The notes: a model not told the origin generated them from the letters alone. A DNA stretch of 64,000 nt from Eledone cirrhosa (GCA_964016885.1 OZ024740.1:157542001-157606000); one strand, 5' to 3'. Counted from the stretch's first letter, positions 1 through 13,968 are shown. Translations and numbers: made by a program.

Positions 1-496
1 GTAAATAAAATAAAATAAAATAAATAAATAAATAAATAAATAAATACATACACAAGCACAATAACAACAAACACATAAACACACATTAGTCACCCAATCA
101 CGAACACACATCACACATCAAACAAAACACTATACACACACGCAAACGCATGCGCAAAGAAGACAAAATAAAATAAACAAACAAGCAAATAAATAAATAT
201 ATAGACAGACTGAATAAAAATGGCATAGCCATACAATTCAACAGGAGGAAACAATAGCACCACTGACGATGTTGCAGATGTGCAACGAAAGATTTATGAT
301 AAACTATATATATGTGTTTGTGTCTATATTGTATCTGTATTATTTTTGACCGTCGGTCAGTCAATGGCAACATTGAGGACCGAGTATATTAGATTACCGA
401 TATAAAAGACACAGAAGCGAAAACCAACCAAACAGTGAGTGTATTCTGTTATTAATTCTGGCAATATTACACAAATATGACCCTCCCCAAGTATAA
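1..496 (+). mobile_element. 3' UTR/pLTR of Penelope-like element (copy 1, cut by window start)
   Basis: Closely similar to 13490-13972, ends CCCTCCCCAAGTATAA followed by (TA)n; HHR core CTGACGA(263)-TGTTGCAGATGTGCAAC-GAAA(287). Confidence 0.85.
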
Positions 497-516
497 TATA
501 TATATATATATATATT

Positions 517-710
517 TAGGAACCGGTAAGACCCCGACGGCTGAGCTCAAGCCGTTTCGACGGCTAATTCTGAGTCCAGAATGTGCCGTCGAAACGGCTT
601 GAGCTCAGCCGTCGGGGTCTTACCGGTTCCTATTACCCACTCTACTACCCCAAGTATTGAGTACTTTGGTGCGTTATGGTCCACCTGGTTCCTTACCATA
701 TTTCCTTCGT
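517..710 (+). mobile_element. Family A hairpin element in (TA)n (inverted arm + direct arm + tail)
   Basis: Near-perfect palindrome 517-632 plus ~80-nt unique tail; homologous to 15440, 42011, 42285, 47343, 48236 and 32343. Confidence 0.85.
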
Positions 711-720
711 TATATATATA

Positions 721-789
<69 letters not shown>

Positions 790-955
790 TGGTGGTATGA
801 ACGAAAAAAGAGAAGAAATGAAAAGAAGAAAAGAAGAGAATCCTTCGTCAGCTGTAATCCGCGATGAAGATGTTTCGGTGCTTATTTACAGGACATCTAT
901 AAGCGATCAGCGGTGCGCCCAAGGCCTTTTCTTAATCAAAAGGCCAAGAGGAAAA

Positions 956-1021
<66 letters not shown>

Positions 1022-1511
1022 ATATATATATATATATATACATACATAATACATACATACACACACATACACATAAATACATACATACACACTTATACAT
1101 ATGCTATAATCGACATCTACCTACTTGTCATATCTGAGTTATATTTAAACTCATTTCAGAAATGACAGCAGCCATACTGTGGTCCTAAAGTCTAACTCGG
1201 GTTTTATTGCTTAGGTTTTCAATAACTGATATACGCTCTACATACCGTTTCTTTGATTCTTCATTACTGTTTCGATAGCAACGTAAAAGAAGAATTTAAT
1301 GGGGCAGAAAACGCAAACTATCGTAGAAATAAGTTATGTTATCTATAAAACCAAAATGTAGACAAATCAAAGAAAGAAAAAAGATAGCATTCATTATACT
1401 TGTACCAAGCGCTTTAAGTTGTATATATGTTCTTATTAGCGGCTAATCTTCTTTTTATAAAGATCATTTAAAGCCCACACCGGATTACTGATCATATCTA
1501 TGGGACGTTGT

Positions 1512-1571
<60 letters not shown>

Positions 1572-1970
1572 ATAATGGCTGCATCTCATTTTCGAGAATT
1601 GCCATCCCTAGACCTTTTCCTCATATATGGGTAGCACGAACATGACTTTTTTGGCCCTTCCAAGGACTTAGATTCCTTTCTGCATTTGTTTCAATAAAAG
1701 AAGAAGATAAAGCTATGCTCACGTAACACACGTGTAAGTCATTTAGATCAAGTGTTCCCTGTGCTTGAATTTTTTTACGTGAAGGAATGCTCTGTTCTAG
1801 ACCAATCACACCCTCTGAACAACAGTAAGAGATATCCAAAAAGCAAAACAAGTCAACATCATAGGCGGCCATCGAATCGCAGTTTTCCTTCTCCCTGAAT
1901 GAAATCTTAACAAGAACTAGGAGTCTTCTACTCCCGGTGAGCTACCAAATAGAGTATTTCCATGTTCTCG

Positions 1971-2058
<88 letters not shown>

Positions 2059-2899
2059 CATACATACATACATACATACATACATACATACAAGTAACGC
2101 AATGCAATTGTAGATTTAAACACATTCTGAAAGGAAAGATACTCAAGCTTTGAACAACTTTAAATTTAATTCTGATAAAATATTTTAGAAACTTTTAAAG
2201 ATCATCGTTTATTTAAAAAATCAAATATCAGTGAATAGACAAGGTTATCATGCTTATAAGTCTACTTCGACCATATCGTTAATACAATCATTGTATACAA
2301 TGGAGCTACAGTCTTAGCAAATATTTATATGAAACATATATATAATGTGACCACCAAAATTTTGGTTTTATGGAAAGGTTAAAAAAAAACTGTGGAACGT
2401 CAAACAGATTTAGACTATCCCCCAAAACATTTAAATGAAGAGGCAAAGCGGATCGTTAGATATAAATTCATACATTTAATGGAACTCTCTGATTCAAAGC
2501 AGGCTGGCCTTACAAAGCTAATCATTAAAGATAGTCATCCCATTTCCACTGATAGACAACCAGAATGGTCAGCTAAACATAGTAGTAAACAACACATCAA
2601 CAATTTATGAAAAATCTTAACCTAAAACACATTTTGAAACTTTTGTACTCACTATTTGTCAACAGAGAGAACTACCAGCTTTCTCGGATTTTTTTGTTTC
2701 ACTACATTATATCACACATCCACGGGTGTAAAACCGTGGATACATCATCCATGTTGTATCCTGGATTTACTGAGTATTTCGTGTCTTATAACATACAACC
2801 TCATCCAAGTGATCCAACTTAAATTTTTCAAGCCTCATTGTGTGTCCAAGTGGCATACATATCTTTGATGTCACCGGTCACTTTCCTTTAGTAATAGGT

Positions 2900-3180
2900 C
2901 ATAACCATCTGGATGCCATCTTTGCTGCTTCTCCGTGGCTTTTGATGGGCTTTTCTCCTGCTTGCTTCCGTAATGTCCAGAGTTCTGTAGGCTTTGCTAA
3001 AGGAAGGTACTGCAAACACTTGGCTGTCAATCTCCACCGAATCCTGGTAATTTGCTCTCTTACTCTCCTGTACCTCTATCCTCCCCTCCTCATTATATCT
3101 AGGATCATATTACCTGATATGACGTCCTCTTTTAAGACGGTGGATTATATGTGAGGTTTGGCTGATATTTCTAACATGTC
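2900..3180 (-). pseudogene. Hero/NeSL-like non-LTR retrotransposon C-terminal (RLE) fragment
   Basis: Minus-strand translation across a frameshift gives VEIDSQVFAVPSFSKAYRTLDITEASRRKA...EAAKMASRWL, resembling Hero-type 'EVGCRGF..SL.KAY..LGI.G..RRRAI....EAAEKASRWLW'. Confidence 0.6.
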
Positions 3181-3476
3181 GGGTGACTACGTAGTCCGTT
3201 CTTCATAAACTCCATTAATTCGAATTAGTAGTATGTAGATTCAGTTGATGATAATCTCCACAATGAGAAAATGAGGTAAGTGTTTCAGAAATAAATCAAT
3301 GATATAGTTTTTAAAGATCAAAGAAGATTAATGATTTCGTCAAATGTATTTTTAAAAATGGTGGTCGCTGATTGAAAACTATCAGACACGAACACATTTA
3401 AAACATCACTTAAGTAATTGTTATATACGATAACTATAATATATAATATAGTATATTCGAAAAAACATATTAGAAA

Positions 3477-3544
<68 letters not shown>

Positions 3545-3547
<3 letters not shown>

Positions 3548-3873
3548 GAAAGGTAGAGTTAATAACTCATACTGAAACCCTGCAATTAACAATCTCAAAG
3601 TATAAATACTGAGCATTATAATAATTATAATATATGCAGTAATAAACACAGTAAATCGTGTGTTTAATATTACGAGGATTGAAGTTGCTCGTGGATTATC
3701 TGTTATAAACACACTCAGGGCGAAACAAATTAGCCCATAATCTGTCCGGGAGATGTAATCGTTATTGAGGCGGTCTGAATAAATATTTTTATCATTCTGT
3801 CTGCTTCATGGTTAAATAATTGTGGTTCTTCAACCCTCGTAATATTAGACACACGATTTACTGTGTTTATTAC

Positions 3874-3881
<8 letters not shown>
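3545..3881. mobile_element. Inverted-repeat element flanked by (TA)n
   Basis: ~53-bp arms 3631-3684 / 3828-3881, one-sided tail, degenerate HHR-like TTGAAGTTGCTC...GGGCGAAAC inside. Confidence 0.6.
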
Positions 3882-3922
<41 letters not shown>

Positions 3923-4049
3923 TGTAATATGTGTTAGTTAAGCAACTTAATGAAGTATACAAGTAGGTTTGTTTACTCCGGAGTATAATTATAATAATGA
4001 AGTACAAGCCAACAGGTTAGAATTGACCTCATTTATTCATTATACAATT

Positions 4050-4295
4050 GCTTTTATATATATTTCTATGATAACTGTTATGCAACAGTGTTGACCTCAT
4101 CAGACAGCTATTAGTTGAACAGAAATAACATGAAGAAAAAGGACTCATGCAGTTTCAATTCTTTGATAGGTCACCGGTGCTTTGAGAAAGCAACACCAAT
4201 GATCAGCCCGGGTCATATCAATGAATTGATTATTTTTTTAGTTTTTAGTTTTTCTTCAACTAATAACTATCTGATGAGGTCATAACTGTTGTATA
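4050..4295. mobile_element. Inverted-repeat element with CTGATGA cores
   Basis: GACCTCATCAGACAGCTATTAGTTGAA (~4092) is the inverse of TTCAACTAATAACTATCTGATGAGGTC (~4255); minus strand reads CTGATGA-stem-GAAATATATA. Confidence 0.5.
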
Positions 4296-4379
4296 ACACT
4301 GCCACCTCAACTAACACCACAACGACAACCACAACTATCACCACTGCGTCAGTCATCTATTACCGCTTGGCCATCGTGC

Positions 4380-4945
4380 CTTCCTCCGCCTGCGTCTAAC
4401 AAAGGCCTCGTCTAACGAAGGCCTCTTGGCCTGGGAGGGCAGACGGTTTTCCTCTGCCTGGTGGCAGTAGCAAAAGAGATTCTGTGGTGGACGCAGCTGA
4501 AAGAACTGAAGATAGACAATTTTCTCTCCGGCCAAGCTCTCATCAACTTTTTCAAGTTTCGCTTATAAAGGAAGGTGACGTTGGAGAGGGATGTGCTACT
4601 TGCCAGTATATTTGTTAAAATGGTTGTGAATGTAGCGAGAATTTCCCAAGTTGATGGGCCTACTCTGACCATGCACCTGTAAGCTGGGGAGTTTCGAGAG
4701 GAGAAGGGCATGTTTCTATAGTGCGCTTGGAGAATATGGTAGTTTAGGATCTGTGGGGTTCCTTCGTTATTCCTGAGTAGTGCTCCCCAATTGGGGAATT
4801 TTTATTGTTATTAATTTATTATTTACTGTTATCTGTTTTATTTGTTTGCACACTTTCAATTTTTGTACATATCGACTGTCCTTGTGTTTTGTATTATCCT
4901 ACATGTTTCGGCCCTTGTGGTCAATAAAGAAAGAATTATTATTAT
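4380..4945 (+). mobile_element. Tx1/L1-like LINE 3' end (decayed ORF2 C-terminus, 3' UTR, AATAAA, (ATT)n tail)
   Basis: Translation GQTVFLCLVAVAKEILWWTQLK...LINFFKFRL*RKVTLER; ends TCAATAAAGAAAGAATTATTATT. Confidence 0.5.
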
Positions 4946-6152
4946 GAACATTGTCAATCTGGCAATAACAATGACTTCTTATATTTATCACAAATACACC
5001 CACGTAATCAATCATATCATTCTTTAGATAGTTGGATAGATAGAAAAATAGTTATATGGATAAAGAGAGAGTATGAAAGCCAATGAGAGAAAGAGAGGTG
5101 TGAGAGAAAGAAAATGAGAAAAAGAAATAGAGAGAGAGAGTGGGAGAGATACAGAGAATGAGAGAAATAGACATAAACGAAGGGGAAAAAACTAAAAGGG
5201 AAGTAGTTATGAAAGTCACGGATTCCTATCTCTTTCTCTCCTACTATTCATCTGAAGCAACAACATCATATGTGTGTATTGTAATACAGCTGCTATGTTG
5301 TTGCTAGCTTTATTGATAATAACGTGTTCTGGTAGCTGCATAACTATAATGCAGAAGGGACGCATCAATCGTTTACTTAGTTTTCTACTTGCAAAACACC
5401 AGAAGTGAGTGTCGAGTTGGAATTAGAAGAATGATTGATTTTTCTTCGTTCCTCTCTAATCGGTAGAGTCTATCGTTGCAAACTTCAGCAGAGTACCAGA
5501 CACAGTAACGCACCATGAAGGGGTGGTTGTGTGTCCACATTATCGCATCACTTGACCTTCTAGAAATAGCTGCCAAATCTCTCTCAATGCTAACCCTAAC
5601 TAACGTCCAGGACCAATGAAAGGGTGGTTCAGTTGGTACATCAGTCCAAGGTCCAGAGAGCAAAGGTGAGGTCCATAAATATATAGACTCACCTCCGCTC
5701 CCCAAAACACTTCTCAGCTTTCTTGAATGTCGGGTGATTTTCTCCTTCCGGCTTGTGTCCTTCCTTTTTTGGAATGTGACTTGAGAGAGATTTGACTGCT
5801 ATTTCGTCCATTCATTTGCCTTTATGTGATCACTTGAACTGCAAGAAAGAGCAACCGAACCATTAAAATAGGAAGGACACTTTATATAATATAGTCCTAA
5901 ATACCCTATTATGAATAAAGATGGGAGGTTCACGGCGGGAACACCTTTGCTTATACATTTGCTCGGACAGGGATTAAGTGGGGCTAAACAACAATATTCC
6001 TGTACGTTTCGCATTCAAATCTAGCTAGCGTCAATTTTGGAACCTTCACCCAGGGTTGCCACATTGGTCCACAAGTAACGGATTACATTACTTTTCAGAA
6101 TTGCACACTACTGAGTTGTTTTAATTTAGGCTACTTGCTACATTAAAATTAT

Positions 6153-6347
6153 CAGACCTGCCAACCTCTAAAAACCCAAATGGAAAGTACTATGAAAAAA
6201 AGGGCCCCAAAACGGGGAGAAATGAGGCAAAATGAGGAGATTTTACATAATGAAAGCTATACCCATTTTCACAAGAGAAGATATCTCTAAACCACCCCAA
6301 AGTGTGTGGGAGATCTCCCCGTCGGACGGGGAGAATGAGCAGGTCTG
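6153..6347. mobile_element. MITE with CAGACCTG..CAGGTCTG termini
   Basis: Terminal inverted repeats; second copy at 18424-18623. Confidence 0.75.
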
Positions 6348-6421
6348 AAATTTTACTTTTCAAAAATTGAAATATTATTGAACATCATATTAAATTATAA
6401 ACTAAATAACCTGGAAACAAA

Positions 6422-6580
6422 GGCGGTGAATTGGCAGAGTCGATAGAACGTTGGCTTGCATGCTTTGCGGTATTCCCTCCGATTATCTGCGCTCTGAGTT
6501 CAAATCCTGCAAAGGTCAACTTTACATTTCATCTTTTCAAGGTTGTCGTATAAAGTACCAGTCCAGCATTGGAATCTATT
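6422..6580 (+). mobile_element. tRNA-derived SINE (Meta-domain type), partial
   Basis: GGCGGTGAATTGGCAGA head, CTGAGTTCAAATCC B-box, TTTCATC..ATAAAGTACCAGT core. Confidence 0.65.
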
Positions 6581-7441
6581 CTTTCTCTGTGTTACTTCAC
6601 CTCTCTCTTTGTTCAAACGTGGTTAGGGATATGCTCCGCCAGGTTTAAATGTCCGAGACATGTTATATATCACTACGACGCCCCTGCGACTCAATCACAA
6701 GTTAAGGACACGTGACATAATAAACTAAAACTAACCTGCAGGCAATCCTTATATAAATCCGTATAAAATTACTAACAACATTTTTATTTTGACCTCTTTT
6801 AAACACATTCTACTACTTCTTGAAAATTGTGAGCTACTTTTTATGAAATTGTTCTGGCAAGTCCTGTTCTCTTCCCCAGTGAAATCGATAAAATAAGTAC
6901 TGTTAATATATACCGGAAGTCAATTCAATCACCTATAGCCCCCACCTCTATAAAATGTTGGCCTTGTGCCTAGGTTAGAAATCATTATTATTAGGATATT
7001 GTATATATATATATTTTCAGTATTTATTACATGTATTCGCGAACAATAGTTTTATTGGACGTATGAGTTGAAAAAAGCGGTCGAACGGGACAATCAATGG
7101 TTTACTGTATTGCCGACAGTGAAAGTGACAAGGGGTGTCTGTGAATTCGGCTTTTGAAAGCTTGTATTCCATCCGCCGAGATTGTTCCAAATGTAGCTTC
7201 CGGAAGTTTGCTCTATATTAATAGCTGAGTACAGAAAGCTTCTACGTATTGTGTATACCTTGGAACACATCATGATAGGACACAGACACGTGTGAAGTAC
7301 TAGACCTTGTAAGATGACGTCTTTGATATTTTTGTTGCAGTATTAGTCCGGGCCTGTAGTAGCCTGTGTACTTTTTACATACTGCTGTTTTTGAATTATA
7401 GAATTAGTTGAAATATCTTGCAGTATTTATCTAGTTACCTA

Positions 7442-7660
7442 GGGCGGTGGATTGGCAGAATCGGTAGAGCGCCGAACAACATGCTTAGCAGCATAAGGTT
7501 ACGGCTCTTTACATTCTCAGTTAAAATCCCGCCGTGGTTAACTTCGCCTTTCATCCTTACGAGGCTGATAAAATAAAGTACCAGTCACGCACTGGGTCGA
7601 TTTAATCCTTTCCCCCTCTCCACAAAATGTGTTGGCCTTGTGCTTGAATCAAATACCAGT
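7442..7660 (+). mobile_element. tRNA-derived SINE (Meta-domain type)
   Basis: Head, GCCTTTCATCCTTACGAGGCTGATAAAATAAAGTACCAGT core, TGGCCTTGTGC 3' end. Confidence 0.8.
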
Positions 7661-8098
7661 ATTTATTTAGTAACCTCTTTTTACTTTCTGTGTTCAAATG
7701 CCGTCGAGGGCAACTTAGAACTAGCCACGAATACCTGAAAGAAGCTCTTGGTATTTACTGTTCTTTGAAAATGCGTTGTTTTGCATTTTGCTCTACCTAT
7801 TGCTGATTTCGCTTTCGTCGTATAAATTGTTTTCGCCCAACAAACACAAAAATATACCAACAGTAAATAAAGTTGATTCACATACTAAAACCTATATAAT
7901 CTGCTAAAATAACAGCACACTTTCAAAAACCAAAAACGGTTAATAAAAATAGCTTTACTTACCATTTATTTTTATTTTGCTTATTATCACAGATAAACTA
8001 ACTCTGCTTCCTATCTTCAGTAGTTTTTGAGATACTAGAATCGAGCAATCAAAGAGACAAGGCAAAAATGGTGGCAGATAATCTTTTTTAAAAGATTA

Positions 8099-8704
8099 CT
8101 AGCAGTGGTGCCCGGCGTTGCACGGGATAAGGTATTTTGGAACGCGGGCCGCCAACAGACCTAATCGTGGAAAAACTGCATGCCTGGACAATATGTAAAG
8201 AAAATAAACCGAATACTCTGATGGCTGGATAATCTTTAAGATTTTTCTCGATGAAGCAGGAAAGATGCAGGTTTTCACCTAATGCGGGCCCTAGGGGATC
8301 AAGAAAATGATTTTTTTTATGTGCATAATATACCTTGAAATTTCGGGAAAATCGGCTAGACGTAACGCCTCAAAAAAGTCCTAAAAAGCTGAAAAAATGT
8401 TCACCTAATGCCATAAAAATGTTGGATTTTTCACCTAAGGCCATAAAAAAGTTGGATTTTCTTTGGTCACGGTATGAAGAAGAGACTGATTAATACATCG
8501 TTACAATGTCAAGGAAATCGGTCTGATGTAACGCCTCAAAAATCCCCTAAAAAGCTGAAAAAGCGCAGTTTTTCACCTAATGCGGGCCCTAGGGGATCAA
8601 AAAGTTGAATTTTTATGTGCATAACACTCCCTGAAACATAAGTAATACACATGTAAAGTTTGAAAAAAGTCGGTTGGGTACTTCTCGAGTTTTAGGGATT
8701 CAAA

Positions 8705-8770
<66 letters not shown>

Positions 8771-8808
8771 CACATGCACACACACATCCTCAGTTTTATA
8801 TATATAGA
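8099..8808 (-). mobile_element. Non-autonomous Helitron
   Basis: Minus strand begins A|TCTATATATATAAAA and ends with hairpin CCCGTGCAACGCCGGG followed by CTAG|T; internal subrepeats (TTTTCACCTAATGCGGGCCCTAGGGGATCAA at ~8272 and ~8571) and a (CA)n tract. Confidence 0.8.
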
Positions 8809-8906
8809 TAATTTTGCTATAGAGCAGTATAAAATAAGTGAAATGAAAAACAAATATATTCAGTATACAAAATTTCACAATGTCATGAAAAATCATTGAC
8901 ATTTAG

Positions 8907-9100
8907 GGGCGGTGGATTGGCAGTATCGGTAGAGAGTCAGACGCCATGCTTTCCAGCATAGAGTTACATCCCTTTACGGACTGAGTTCAAAACTCGCCGA
9001 GGTTGACTTTGTCTTTTATCCTTACGGAGTCGTTAAAATAAAGGACCAGTAATGTACTGGGTAATTGCTGGCCTTGTGCCAAAAGTAGAAACAATTATTA
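8907..9100 (+). mobile_element. tRNA-derived SINE (Meta-domain type)
   Basis: Full head-core-tail, ends AAAGTAGAAACAATTATTA. Confidence 0.85.
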
Positions 9101-9457
9101 AAAAATTATTAAGTATGTTCTAATAAAAACAAAACACACTATTAAAGGGAACAAACAATGATAAGAAGAAAAAGAAAAATATGGACCAAGCAACGAAAGA
9201 GAGAGGAGGGGGATAGTCACAATAAGCCAGTCTGGGTGGTGCCTTAGCCGCACCACGTAGCGTGAAGAGGAATTTGGGGAGAGCCAAGCTGTTACTCAGT
9301 AGGAAGAAAACCAAGTTCGCGTCAATGTGGCGTAATCTCTGTCATCCTCGTCAGGTCTGCATGCTTGATCCCCAGGGACTCATGTATGGCTACCAGGAGG
9401 ATTTGTTGTTAATGTGGCCACTGTTTTTGTCTGGATATGTTGGTTAGAGGAGGGCAA

Positions 9458-9665
9458 GTAGTAGTAGTAGTAGTAGTAGCAGCAGCAGAAGCTGCAGTAG
9501 TAGTAGTAGTAGTAGTAGAAGCTGCAGCAATAGTAGTAGTAGTAGTAGTAGTAGCAGCAGCAGCAACAGCAGTAGTAGTAGTAGCAGCAGCAGCAGTAGT
9601 AGTAGTAACAGCAGCAGTAGCACCAGTAGTAGCAGTAGCAGCAGTATTAGTAGTAGTAGTAGTAG
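9458..9665. repeat. (GTA/GCA)n compound trinucleotide repeat
   Basis: Direct inspection. Confidence 0.9.
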
Positions 9666-10849
9666 TTTTTATTTGTTTAGATGTGCTAGTCCAGAGGAAA
9701 GTAAGTATTGATTGTTATGAACAACAGAAATAAATGAACAAAACAAGGGTGCGCCAAACTAATGGGAAATACACGAACAAAGTTGTGTTTAAATATATCT
9801 ACAATAAATTAGCGTCTTATTCCAAAATATGTAACATATAGCTTCGCTATCATTCGCGGTAATGCCGTGAGTGTCTTGGCTTGCCTCAAAACATTTTGAA
9901 ATACAACATCGGCATTTCCTGTTGTAGTTTGTAATTACATGTGTACGCATTTTCTTATTTTCTTTCTATCACCCTCCCAACATCCCCCTCTCCCTCTCTA
10001 TTTATTAACATATTCCTTTTGTTAGTCATAACCACACCTTTGTTTTTCTTATTGATTTCTTTCTTTTGTAAATTACATTCATAACGAAATGAAATTATTA
10101 AAAAAAGTAAATAAGTAAATAAGAAAATAAGTTAATTAATTAAATACTTTAATTAATGGGATAATGAATGTAGGATGGTGGTTAATTTCTTTTAAAAAAA
10201 TATGCTCTATTAAAATCTTCCACGTTCGAATTTTAGATTCTACGCGAGGCGACTAATTGGCCGAAGTGTAAGATAGTTGTAAAAAAAAGTTTTGCTGTAT
10301 ATAGTTTGGCCTGTTGCGTTCTGAGTAGAAATCTCACCGAGGTCAACTTTGTCTTTCATCCTTCCAACGTTCATGAATAATATACCAATCTAGGACGGTG
10401 GACTGCAGAAGCCGTTAGAGTGTCGAATACAATACCGTAGCGTATCTTTTATATCATTTTATCTTCTGAGTTCAAACGCCACTGGGCATGTACGTACATA
10501 TTTTGGTCCATTTCTGCTTACCGTCCTTTTTTCTGGTAGATTCTGTAACAACCCTTACCATCACTATCTCCACTATTATATAGGTCTATAACAACAGCAT
10601 CAGTAGCTCTAAACCGCACAATATAAAGAACATAAAAGAAACCAATAATATATTTTTACCCTTCAGCATTTTTTTGTATTCTATATTTTTGTTGTTGTTA
10701 CTAAGCCTCAAGCTTCCGTTTGTCGATCAAAGAAATTACAACTGTGTCCATCCCATCTTTCACTTAGACTGCTCTTTATGGTTGGAAGAACGTCGACATA
10801 GACACACAGAGATGTGGCCGCTAATTGTTTATTCATTTTATATGTGAAG

Positions 10850-11060
10850 ACGCCTGGCTTAGTGGCTAGGATATTCGCTTACGATCGTAAAGTCATAAGT
10901 GTGAGTCTTGGTGACGTGTTGTGTTCTTCAGAAAGACACTTCATTTCACGATGCTCCAGTTCACTACCAAGAAAAAAATGACTTGTACCTATAATTCAAA
11001 GATTAATCTTGACAGAGAGTTGAATTTCCCTGAGAGCTACATTAACAGTACACATGTCTC
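10850..11060 (+). mobile_element. CORE-like tRNA SINE, decayed
   Basis: TGGCTTAGTGG A-box, GTGTTCTTCAGAAAGACACTTCATTTCACGATGCTCCAGT core; similar to 14525 and 37856. Confidence 0.7.
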
Positions 11061-11343
11061 TACTGGAACAAATGCACACAGATAAAAATTGTTGTAACAT
11101 GTGTGATTTCGCGTGTTTTTAATAATTACTCCCCCCCCCCCAACACATTTACACACATATATGCATGCATAATTATATTAATGTGCTAAATGTATCTCTC
11201 CATATATTTGTGTATATATGTCCGTTTGTATTTTGTATTTTTTTAAATGTTTTTTTTTAAGGTTTCCTCTTAAAAAATTGTTTTTCGTTTTGCCTTGTTT
11301 CCGTTCGTTGTCGTGTTACCCTTGTTAATTTTAATAAGTTGAT

Positions 11344-11380
<37 letters not shown>

Positions 11381-11504
11381 GAGGGATACATTTACCATAT
11401 ATATACACATACATATATATGGTATGGTCCCATAACTCCTGATTAATTGTATATATATATATAATGAGAAACTATTCTTCAATCCAGCTGACAAAACATA
11501 TAAG

Positions 11505-12407
11505 ATGGGTAATATCTATCCTACGAGGTTACCCTTTAATAAAAGGGTTTGCATACCACAACAAATAGATGACGAGACAGAGGCACAGTTCACCATAGCT
11601 AGAAATAAGATTAGACAAATAGTAGACCGGTATACTAAGAGACAGAGCAGACCAGGGGTCCAACAACTTGGGAGGAAACCTCTGGAAGGCTTGGTTAGCC
11701 TCAAGCAGCGCACAAGGGATGGTGAGGTAGTATGTCTACCCACGGATAAGTCTGGTAGGATGTCAATAGACAACATGCCGAACTACATCAAAGCTATGCA
11801 ACCCCACATCACCAACACGAGCGAAATTGCACAGCAAATACATGATGGGAGAGAGAAAATCTTCAACGCTCACATGATGATGTGGACCGACATCCTAAAG
11901 CCAAGCAGACGCACTGCCAACAACTTCCAGGCGTCTAACAATGACAAACCACCCTTGTATGGGCTCCGCAAAGACCACAAGACAGTCGACGACCCGACAA
12001 CGAGACCACCAACAAGACCTGTATGCGGAGCCAATATCGCTAGCAACTACAGGATCTCCTACTTCCTCTCAATGGTTATACGCCCCATAATCAAGATTTC
12101 CCCAGAAGTATGTGACTGTACAGAGGACCCCCTCAGCAGAATCAGTGAGTGCAACAAAAACAGGAACCTATCCAACTGCATAATAGGCAGTATGGATGTG
12201 ATATCACTGTACCCATCCATTAACATTGATTTTGCTGTGGAAAAATGTGTGGAGATGATCATTGAGAGTGAGGTGGAGTTCTGCGACGTCGACACAGACG
12301 AACTGGGCCTTCTACTTAGACTTACCTATGACACCGACTACCTAGACAGCCATGACCTTAGACGTTTCTGCCCCAGTAGACCCATAAGAGGTAGACCCCC
12401 ACCATAA
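11505..12407 (+). pseudogene. PLE reverse transcriptase, N-terminal part (frameshifted)
   Basis: PLE RT motifs TDKSG, PPLYGLRKDHK, PTRPVC, SMDVISLYPSI. Confidence 0.9.
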
Positions 12408-12437
12408 CCTCAATGGCAAAAAGACTCCCATGGGAAA

Positions 12438-13450
12438 GTGGATTGGGTGGACCAAAGCTATACGGACCCCCAAAACAATGATCAGGTAAGAAAAATGGTC
12501 GCACATGCAATAGGGGCTAGTATCAAAACTACCCTAAAGGGCCACATATTCAAATTCAACGAGAAGATCTACACCCAAAATGAGGGAGCAGCCATTGGCG
12601 TCAGCATAGCTGGTGACGTTGCCAACCTTTTTATGGTATGGTGGGAAAGGAGACTCAAAGATCTCCTTGATGAGAGTTCCATAGACCTCATCATGTACTC
12701 TCGTTACGTAGACGACATCAATATAGTAATAAGGACATCCCCACAAGAGAGTACTAACAAGTTTGATTTAGAACGTAGCACAATGGAAAGCATCCAGCAG
12801 ATAGCTAATTCCATACACCAGAGTATAACTGTAACTATCGACTACCCTTCCAAACACCCTAACAATAGACTACCTGTATTAGACACGGAACTCTGGATAA
12901 ACACTATAGACGAGAGAGCCCAAATTCTCCACTCACACTACGCTAAACCCATGGCCTCCAAATACCTGATACTCAAAAACTCAGCAATGTCCAGTAGTGC
13001 TAAGTTTAATATTCTGATCGCAGACTTGGTACGAGTGATGAAGAACGTGTCCCTGATCAGCAAAACCTACCCTTTTAAGAAAACCCACTGTACTAATAGG
13101 AAATGTATTATATGTAAAGTAAACCCCCGGATAAACTGTAAAACTAGAAACGTAGTCTATAGCATAAGATGTACAGAGGGTACTTGCAGAAAGATGACAA
13201 CAACATACATAGGTGAGACAGCTCGTAGCATAGGTGAAAGGATAGACTAACACTGGGGGGAACTAAAAGGACGAAAAAACGGTTCAGTACTATACGAACA
13301 TGCCAGACAACAACACGACGGTAACATAGACAACATAGAAATTAGAATAATATCTAAACATAGAAATGACCCAGCAGATAGGCAAATCAGAGAGGCCAGC
13401 GAAATAGAACTTAGAAGGCCAAGGCTAAACATAAAAAAATGAATGGAATA
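12438..13450 (+). pseudogene. PLE RT C-terminal part, thumb and GIY-YIG endonuclease (premature stop)
   Basis: QNEGAAIG..ANLFM, RYVDD, PVLD, YAKPM; Cys-rich linker; VVYSIRC...C...YIGETAR..GER; TAA at ~13248 is CAA in the 56-kb copy. Confidence 0.9.
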
Positions 13451-13727
13451 ACAACAACACCCAAACAAACAACACTGACATAAGAGAAGTATAAATAAAT
13501 AAATACATACACAAGCACAATAACAACAAACACATATAAACACACACTAGTAAACTAAGATAGAATACAATAACCAATACACAGTCACCCAAACACGAAC
13601 ACACATCAAACAAAATACTATACACACACGCAAAAGCATGCGCAGAGAAGACAAAATAAATAAATAAATAAATAAACAGACTAAATAAAGGTGGCGTAGG
13701 CATACAATACAACAGGAGGAAACATAA

Positions 13728-13775
13728 TAGCACCACTGACGATGTTGCAGATGTGCAACGAAAGAACTTTGTTAC
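13728..13775 (+). ncRNA. Hammerhead ribozyme-like core in PLE 3' UTR
   Basis: CTGACGA-T-GTTGCA(GATG)TGCAAC-GAAA-GAACTT; stem II perfect, stem I weak. Confidence 0.6.
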
Positions 13776-13968
13776 ACTATATTTATGTGTTTGTGTCTCT
13801 ATTGTATCTGTATTTTTTACCGTTGGTCAGTTAATGGCAACATTGAGGACCGAATAAATTAAATTAACCGATATAAAAGACACAGAAGCGAAAACCAACC
13901 AAACAGTGAGTGTGTTCTGTTATTAATTCTGGCAATATTATTACACAAATATGACCCTCCCCAAGTAT

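Noticed and set aside
860-1330. Degenerate HHR-like motifs on minus (also ~14200, ~49245, ~52670, ~59860, ~61940)
   Set aside because: Incomplete cores or weak stems; cannot be separated from chance without a covariance model
1575-2620. Possible RTE LINE remnants
   Set aside because: Only faint motif resemblance by eye; too decayed to support
8907-9000. tRNA gene
   Set aside because: A/B boxes belong to multi-copy SINE heads and continue into SINE cores; no cloverleaf
13240-13260. Programmed readthrough or selenocysteine in the PLE ORF
   Set aside because: The stop is TAA, not TGA, and is CAA (Gln) in the 56-kb copy, so it is ordinary decay
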